In this document: piece after piece, positions 7,547 through 13,006 of the stretch | Layout of the letters: every line of letters starts with the position of its first letter | Numbering within the stretch: position 1 is the stretch's first letter | From: Candidatus Nanopusillus sp. | Lineage (GTDB): Archaea > Nanobdellota > Nanobdellia > Nanobdellales > Nanobdellaceae | Direction: 5' to 3' | DNA: 16,381 bases | NCBI GenBank assembly: GCA_046533775.1 | Contig: JAWDOO010000009.1 | Coordinates: 1-16,381 of the forward strand | Notes under the pieces: model-generated | The model's database searches: none | Seen by the model: the letters and a program-made list of their open reading frames with translations, nothing else | What the model was told of the DNA's origin: nothing | Position numbers and translations under genes: made by a program

Positions 7547-8376
7547 ACTTTTTAGTAAAAAAATTGTATCCATATTTTAAGGATAAAAAATATGATATAT
7601 TTTATACACAATTTAAAACATCTATTGAAGATTATATAAAAACAACATTGAAATATTCTTTCCTAACATTTATATTATCTTTTATATCTTTATCATTAAT
7701 ATTTATCTTCTATCTAAATTTCTATAATATAGTATTATTTTTCGTAAGTATTTTATTTGGAATTATTGTTGGCTTTTTAACATTTATTTATTTTTATATT
7801 TATCCATCATTAGCAAAGGCAGATTATATAAAAGATATAGAAGATAATTTACCATTTTTTGCATTATATTTTTATTCATATTCAGGTTCCCAAATGAATA
7901 TAATAGATATATTTAAATTATTAAATAAAGAAAAAAGATTTGGAGCAATAAATAAAGAAATTTCATATTTATTAATATTGATTGATAATTTTGGATATGA
8001 TATTTTATCAGCATTATTAGAATTGGCTCAAAAAACACCTTCAGAAAAATTCAAAGAATTTTTATATGGATTAATATCAGTAATTAGATCTGGAGGTTCT
8101 TTAAAAGATTTTGCAAGAATATATGCAAAGCAAAATTTAGAAGAATATGAAATACAATTAAAGGAATATAATGAAAAAGTCAATTTATGGGTAACATTAT
8201 ATGCATTTTTCTTTATAACATTTCCAATGGTATTATTAATTTTAGCATTCTTATTTTCAATTGCATCAGGAAATGCAAATATTTTAAATTCATTATTATT
8301 CTTCTTTATTTTAATTATTCCATTTTCTTATATTACATATTTATATATGATACATATATATCAACCAAAGATTTAG
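7543..8376 (+). CDS. FlaJ/TadC-like type IV filament platform membrane protein with a single T2SSF-like unit (277 aa)
   Basis: ORF track. It has an ATGA overlap with the ATPase gene. The layout is TM pair, cytoplasmic helical segment (NLPFFALYFYSYSGSQMNIIDIF...EFLYGLISVIRSGGSLKDFARIYAKQ), then TM pair, as in one T2SSF repeat. Confidence 0.75.
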   Translation: MNFLVKKLYPYFKDKKYDIFYTQFKTSIEDYIKTTLKYSFLTFILSFISLSLIFIFYLNFYNIVLFFVSILFGIIVGFLTFIYFYIYPSLAKADYIKDIEDNLPFFALYFYSYSGSQMNIIDIFKLLNKEKRFGAINKEISYLLILIDNFGYDILSALLELAQKTPSEKFKEFLYGLISVIRSGGSLKDFARIYAKQNLEEYEIQLKEYNEKVNLWVTLYAFFFITFPMVLLILAFLFSIASGNANILNSLLFFFILIIPFSYITYLYMIHIYQPKI

Positions 8377-8543
8377 AAATTAACGAATCCTTTCTTTGCT
8401 AAATCAATCGCTTCTTTTTTTAATTTTCTAAAACAAGATATATGAAAAATCATCCTTTCACCATTTAAATTTATTATTCTATATTTTTCATCATCATATA
8501 CTGGTCTATTACAATATTTACATTCACCAATTTTATTTCCCAT
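8373..8543 (-). CDS. Small zinc-binding protein candidate (56 aa, CxxC...HxxC)
   Basis: Hand-translated because it is below the ORF-track size cutoff. It reads MGNKIGECKYCNRPVYDDEKYRIINLNGERMIFHISCFRKLKKEAIDLAKKGFVNF*. The ATG is at 8543..8541 and the stop (TAA) at 8375..8373. It fills the otherwise empty gap between the platform gene and EF-2, on the same strand as EF-2. The metal-ligand pattern is C8/C11/H34/C37. Confidence 0.5.
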   Translation of the reverse strand: MGNKIGECKYCNRPVYDDEKYRIINLNGERMIFHISCFRKLKKEAIDLAKKGFVNF

Positions 8544-8573
8544 AAAAAATAATTATTTTTATTATATAAAAAT

Positions 8574-10778
8574 TTAGTGAACCCCTTCAGGTATTCCCTT
8601 TCTTTTTCTAATAGAATCTATTATTTGTTGTTGTAAATCTTTCGGTACTTTTTCATATACCTGATCTTCTAAGAACCAAACACCCCTTCCAGATGTTGCA
8701 GATCTTAATTCGTCTGTAAATCCAAACATATTTGCTACAGGTATCTTTGCCTTAATTACTGCTCTTTCTTCTTCAATATTCATTTCCAATATTTGTCCCC
8801 TTCTTGATTGTAATATTGATGTTACATCCCCAACAGTTTCTGGAGGAGTATCAATCCTTATAACTTGTAATGGTTCATATAATGTTGGTTGTTCAAGAAT
8901 AGCACTCTTTATTGCATCTTTTGTTGCAGGAATTATTTGAGCAGGACCTCTATGAATTGCATCTTCATGTAATACTGCATCAATTAATTTTACTTTCATC
9001 ATTATACCAGGTTCCCATGCTAATGGACCCTGATCCATTACTTCCTTGAATCCTTCCACAATATATTCTATTACTTCTGGCAAATGAACAATACCCCTTG
9101 TCATATCAATCAATACATTTCCATTATGTACCATTATAATTCTCCTTGCTTCTTCCTTATCAAATCCAATTTCATTAAATACTTTCCATAAATCTTCCTT
9201 TTTAATTCTCCCTTCGGGTAATTTTCCTTCCCTAATATATTCCCTCATTTTTTCATATATTTCATATGGTAAAGGTTCAATTTGTATATATATTTTATTA
9301 TGCTTGTTTGGAGACTTTCCTTCATATACTTGTGTAACTCCATTAACAGACTCTCTATAAATTACTATTGGATTTCCAACCTTTACAGGTATTCCAAAAT
9401 CATTTTGTACCCTATATTCTATTATTTGTAAATGTAAATCCCCCAAACCAGATACTAAAATTTCTCCAGTATCTTTTTTCTGCTCAACCTTTATTGTTGG
9501 ATCTTCTCTTGTTAATAGATCTAATGTTTCAATTAATTTTGGCAAATCATTTGGATTCTTTGGTTCAAATGATTTTGTAACTACAGGATCTAACCAGTGC
9601 CTCATTTCTTCAAATGTTTCAACACTTTTTGGATCTTGAACTTTTCCAACAATTGTTTCTCCTGGATATAATCCTCTTATTCCAACTAAAGCAATTATAT
9701 TACCAGCTTTTACAGAATCTACATTTATTCTTTGTATTCCTTTCCATATAGCAACCTGTTGTATTTTTATTTGCCTTCCAGCTTGGATTAAATATACATC
9801 ATCACCTTTTGATAATGTACCTGAAAATATTCTTGCAGTTGCAATTTCTTGTTTTGATACTTTATCAATTATTACATTTGTTACATTTATTACAATTGGT
9901 CCATTTGAATCTAAATTTAACATTGCTTTTCCAACATCTGAATTTATATCCCCCTTCCATATATGAGGAATTCTATATTTTTGAGCTTCAACTGGAGAAG
10001 GTAAATGTCTTATAACCATATCCAATACAACCTTTGCAACAGGTGCCTTTTTTCTCATTTCCTCTTTTAATTTTTCTTTATCTTCTAAAAATTGATTATA
10101 TATTTCAATTATATCTTTAAATGAAACATTATATTTTTTCATAAAAGGTACTGATAATGCCCAATGGAATTTTGCAGATCCAAATGCAACAGATCCATCA
10201 TTTACATTTACATTCCATTTTCCTTTAAATTCTGGAGGAGAATATTTATCAATTAATCTATTTATTTCAATAACTATTTTTCCAATTCTCTCCATAATCT
10301 GTTGTGGAGATAATTTTAATTCTGTAATTGCTCTATCAGCTTTATTTATAAATAATACTGGCTTTACATATTCTTTTAATGCAGTCCTTAATACAGTTTC
10401 TGTTTGTGGCATTATTCCATCAACAAAATCTACAACAACAATTGCACCATCAATTGCTCTAGTAGCTCTAGTAACTTGTCCAGAAAATTCTACATGCCCC
10501 GGAGTATCTATTAAATTTATTAAATAATCTTGATTTTCATAATTATGAACCATTGAAACTGCTGCTCCATATACTGTCATTTCCCTTTCCCTTTCAGTTT
10601 CATGCCACCATGTAAACATTGCCTCACCTGCAAGTTCTTCTGCTAACATTCCTGCACCTGCTAATAAAGAATCTGTCAATGTTGTTTTCCCATGATGTAT
10701 ATGCGCAATTATACCTATATTTCTTATATTATTCGGATTATTCATAACTTGCAATATTCTTTCAGTTAGACTAGCCAT
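8574..10778 (-). CDS. fusA: Archaeal translation elongation factor 2 (aEF-2, 734 aa)
   Basis: ORF track. G1 is AHIHHGKTT, G3 is DTPGHVEF and G4 is NKAD. It also has EAQKYRIPHIWKGD, YRESV, the GKSPNKHNK loop and the diphthamide site HEDAIHRGPAQIIPA (His609, codon 8952..8954). Confidence 0.97.
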   Translation of the reverse strand: MASLTERILQVMNNPNNIRNIGIIAHIHHGKTTLTDSLLAGAGMLAEELAGEAMFTWWHETEREREMTVYGAAVSMVHNYENQDYLINLIDTPGHVEFSGQVTRATRAIDGAIVVVDFVDGIMPQTETVLRTALKEYVKPVLFINKADRAITELKLSPQQIMERIGKIVIEINRLIDKYSPPEFKGKWNVNVNDGSVAFGSAKFHWALSVPFMKKYNVSFKDIIEIYNQFLEDKEKLKEEMRKKAPVAKVVLDMVIRHLPSPVEAQKYRIPHIWKGDINSDVGKAMLNLDSNGPIVINVTNVIIDKVSKQEIATARIFSGTLSKGDDVYLIQAGRQIKIQQVAIWKGIQRINVDSVKAGNIIALVGIRGLYPGETIVGKVQDPKSVETFEEMRHWLDPVVTKSFEPKNPNDLPKLIETLDLLTREDPTIKVEQKKDTGEILVSGLGDLHLQIIEYRVQNDFGIPVKVGNPIVIYRESVNGVTQVYEGKSPNKHNKIYIQIEPLPYEIYEKMREYIREGKLPEGRIKKEDLWKVFNEIGFDKEEARRIIMVHNGNVLIDMTRGIVHLPEVIEYIVEGFKEVMDQGPLAWEPGIMMKVKLIDAVLHEDAIHRGPAQIIPATKDAIKSAILEQPTLYEPLQVIRIDTPPETVGDVTSILQSRRGQILEMNIEEERAVIKAKIPVANMFGFTDELRSATSGRGVWFLEDQVYEKVPKDLQQQIIDSIRKRKGIPEGVH

Positions 10779-10900
10779 TATAATAAAATTAAAGAATAAT
10801 ATTTTAAAATAAATTTTATGATATTACATACATATTAGAAAATAAATATTTTGATAAGTCATTATATCTTATTTTTAAACACAAAAATAATAAATCAAAA

Positions 10901-11077
10901 TTATTTATTAATTTTTAATTCAAAAGCTTTTGCCTGAAATCCTACTTTTCTATGACTTCCATCGCAATATGGTTTATTTTGTGAATTACCACACCTACAT
11001 AAATGATATAATACTTCTCCATTTACCAATATTTCGTATGGTCCATTTTCATATCCCCTTATTACAATTTCTACCAT
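10901..11077 (-). CDS. CDGSH-type iron-sulfur domain mini-protein (58 aa)
   Basis: Hand-translated. It reads [58 protein letters not shown]. The string [16 protein letters not shown] matches the CDGSH consensus C-x-C-x2-S-x3-P-x-C-D-G-S-H exactly. The ATG is at 11077..11075 and the stop at 10903..10901. Confidence 0.8.
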   Translation of the reverse strand: MVEIVIRGYENGPYEILVNGEVLYHLCRCGNSQNKPYCDGSHRKVGFQAKAFELKINK

Positions 11078-11115
11078 TATTAAAACCTTTTAAAAAATCT
11101 TAAAAATATTTTATT

Positions 11116-11709
11116 ATGAGATCTTATTTTTATACAATAATTCTAGGAATAACATCTATATTAATATTATTTTTTATATTTTTATTAAATAATGTAAAAT
11201 TTAATAATAACTATATTTTAGAAAAAACAAATATTATAATTGATAATCAAAATATATCATTATATTTATTGAATATATATGGAAATGGATGTTATTTATA
11301 TAATATTACTGACGGATATTTTATAATAAAAAATGAAGGACCTGGAATAAATTATATAATACCATTAGCAGAATATATTAATACTACTTCATTTATATTT
11401 TGTAATCAAACATTTTATTATAATATAACAATTGAAGAATGTTTACCAATTCCATGTAATATAACATGCGAACATGGAATATTATGTCCAACGATAAAAT
11501 GTATTGAATATTCATTTTGTTCTAATATAACATATTATATTAATATAACATATCCACTAATAATTGTTAATAATGATATATTTTTATATAATAATAATGT
11601 TTATTGCTATTCAAAAAGTTATAATATAATTTATAATAAATTACCTGGAAATTATTTATACAACTTAATATATAATTTAATAAGTTCTATACCAAAAAAT
11701 ATGGTATGA
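11116..11709 (+). CDS. N-terminally anchored, Cys-rich, sequon-rich exported protein (197 aa); possible third pilin-like protein
   Basis: ORF track. The N-terminus is MRS-YFYTIILGITSILILFFIFLL, the same M-[KR]-[ST] plus hydrophobic helix layout as the two pilin-like ORFs at 5229..5983. It has nine Cys (for example CLPIPCNITCEHGILCPTIKC) and many N-x-S/T sequons. Its stop overlaps the Dph6 start (ATGA). Confidence 0.55.
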   Translation: MRSYFYTIILGITSILILFFIFLLNNVKFNNNYILEKTNIIIDNQNISLYLLNIYGNGCYLYNITDGYFIIKNEGPGINYIIPLAEYINTTSFIFCNQTFYYNITIEECLPIPCNITCEHGILCPTIKCIEYSFCSNITYYINITYPLIIVNNDIFLYNNNVYCYSKSYNIIYNKLPGNYLYNLIYNLISSIPKNMV

Positions 11710-12371
11710 AACTTGCAGTATTATATTCTGGAGGAAAAGATTCAAATTATTCATTATATGTTGCATCAAAATATCATGAAATATCTGTACTATTAAATAT
11801 AATTCCAAAAAATAATGAAAGTTATTTATATCATTATATTAATAATAATTTAACTGAATTACAATCAAAAGCATTAAATATACCTATAGAAAGATTTTAT
11901 ATAAATAATAATGAAGAAGAAACATTGCTTGAAGCATTGAAATATTTAAAGGAAAAATATAATATTAATGGAGTTGTTACTGGGGCAATTAGATCTACAT
12001 ATCAAGGATCAAGATTTCAAAGAATATGTAAAATATTAAATCTATGGTGTTTTAATCCATTATGGTTAAAAGATGAAAAAGAATATTTATATGAATTACT
12101 AAAAAGTAATTTTCAATTTATAATTGTTGGATGGTATACATATCCTTTAGATATAAATATTTTGGGAAAAGTTGTTGATGAAAATATAATAAAAAAATTA
12201 ATTGAATATAAAGAAAAATATAAGATAAATATTGCGGGAGAAGGTGGGGAATATGAAACATTTGTTTTATATCAACCATTATTTAAGAAAAGGATAATAA
12301 TAAAAGATTATGAAATAAAGGTAGAAAAAAATTATGCAGAATATATTATAAAGAATGCCTATTTAGAATGA
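11706..12371 (+). CDS. dph6: Diphthine--ammonia ligase (diphthamide synthetase, MJ0570/Dph6 family PP-loop ATPase, 221 aa)
   Basis: ORF track. It has the MKLAVLYSGGKDS PP-loop, ESYLYH, GVVTGAIRSTYQ..R and NIAGEGGEYETFVL. These align along the whole length with the M. jannaschii MJ0570-type sequence as I recall it. Confidence 0.88.
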   Translation: MKLAVLYSGGKDSNYSLYVASKYHEISVLLNIIPKNNESYLYHYINNNLTELQSKALNIPIERFYINNNEEETLLEALKYLKEKYNINGVVTGAIRSTYQGSRFQRICKILNLWCFNPLWLKDEKEYLYELLKSNFQFIIVGWYTYPLDINILGKVVDENIIKKLIEYKEKYKINIAGEGGEYETFVLYQPLFKKRIIIKDYEIKVEKNYAEYIIKNAYLE

Positions 12372-12895
12372 TTGGGATAATTCATACAAATAAAGAAGAA
12401 CTATCAAAATATGAATTTTTATATCCAATAATAAATATTTTAAAAGAATTGAATATTAATTATAAAGTTTTTTCATATAAAGATAAAATAAATGAATATT
12501 TCGAAAAAATAATAATAACAGGTACTGCAATAATGGATTTTGATTATTTAAATTATATAAAAAATTTTGAATTTATAATTGAAAATAATATAAAAACTCT
12601 TGCAATATGTTCTGGAAGCCAAATATTAACAAAATTATTAAATTATGATTTTGAAGATAAAGAATTGATTGGAAAATATTATGTAAGAATAATAAATAAA
12701 GATAAAATAATTGATAAAGATTTTGAAGCATATTTTTTAATAACAAAAATTCCAAAGATTGATGAAAAATTTTATATAATTGGAAAAGTAGAAAATATTC
12801 CTGTATTATATAAATATAGAAATATATATTTTTCATTGTTCCATCCAGAAGTTTTAAATAAAGATATAATAATTAATTTTTTAGAATATATATAG
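12368..12895 (+). CDS. Stand-alone class I glutamine amidotransferase (GuaAA-like, 175 aa)
   Basis: ORF track. It has an ATGA overlap with dph6. The nucleophile elbow is LAICSGSQIL (Cys81; C-x-G-x-Q pattern), and LFHPEV (His159, Glu161) lies near the C-terminus. The size is typical of archaeal GATase subunits. The glycine-rich SGGP segment is degenerate (ITGTA). Confidence 0.72.
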   Translation: MIGIIHTNKEELSKYEFLYPIINILKELNINYKVFSYKDKINEYFEKIIITGTAIMDFDYLNYIKNFEFIIENNIKTLAICSGSQILTKLLNYDFEDKELIGKYYVRIINKDKIIDKDFEAYFLITKIPKIDEKFYIIGKVENIPVLYKYRNIYFSLFHPEVLNKDIIINFLEYI

Positions 12896-12949
12896 CCCCT
12901 ACTAGGGTAACCTTAGATAGATGAAAAAGGTTGAGTTAGTAGGGGTACA
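12895..12949 (+). ncRNA. GC-rich hairpin followed by an ACA box: H/ACA-like sRNA candidate (or a processing/stability hairpin)
   Basis: This is the only GC-rich patch in the window. The lower stem CCCCTACTA (12896-12904) pairs perfectly with TAGTAGGGG (12937-12945), plus a G12895/T12946 wobble. A symmetric internal loop (GGGT / GAGT) follows. The upper stem AACCTT (12909-12914) pairs with AAGGTT (12927-12932), and the 12-nt loop AGATAGATGAAA contains GATGA. ACA at 12947-12949 follows the stem directly and lies 14 nt from the base of the upper stem. The pocket is small for a real pseudouridylation guide. Confidence 0.4.
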
Positions 12950-12951
12950 AA

Positions 12952-12999
12952 ATGAAGAAACCGTCCCAGGCTGAAAAATGATGAATTAAAGCTAACAGA
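12952..12999 (+). ncRNA. C/D box sRNA candidate (2'-O-methylation guide)
   Basis: The layout is C box ATGAAGA (12952-12958), a 12-nt spacer AACCGTCCCAGG, D' CTGA (12971-12974), 3 nt AAA, C' ATGATGA (12978-12984), an 11-nt spacer ATTAAAGCTAA, and a D-like CAGA (12996-12999). Box order, the 12/11-nt guides and the 3-nt D'-C' linker match archaeal C/D sRNA architecture. The terminal C and D boxes are both non-consensus at the positions that normally form the U.U pair (A/A here). Confidence 0.5.
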
Positions 13000-13006
13000 T
13001 AAAAAA

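Noticed and set aside
5229-8376. Interpreting the locus as an archaellum (fla/arl) operon
   Set aside because: No FlaH/ArlH (KaiC-like), FlaF/FlaG or flagellin-sized FlaB genes are recognisable between or around the pilin-like genes and the ATPase. The platform protein is half-size, so a pilus-type filament is the more conservative call.
8187-8402. 71-aa plus-strand ORF overlapping the 3' end of the platform gene; considered as a frameshifted continuation giving a full-length two-repeat FlaJ
   Set aside because: It is only 26 nt longer than the annotated stop and encodes an I/F/Y/N run without TM-domain logic. It is immediately met by a convergent ORF, so it cannot supply a second T2SSF repeat.
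12895-12999. GC-rich region as a tRNA or a Nanoarchaeum-style split tRNA half
   Set aside because: There are no U8/A14/G18G19 D-arm features, no GTTCRANYC T-loop, and the stem is 9-10 bp rather than a 7-bp acceptor. The minus strand also lacks tRNA and C/D motifs.
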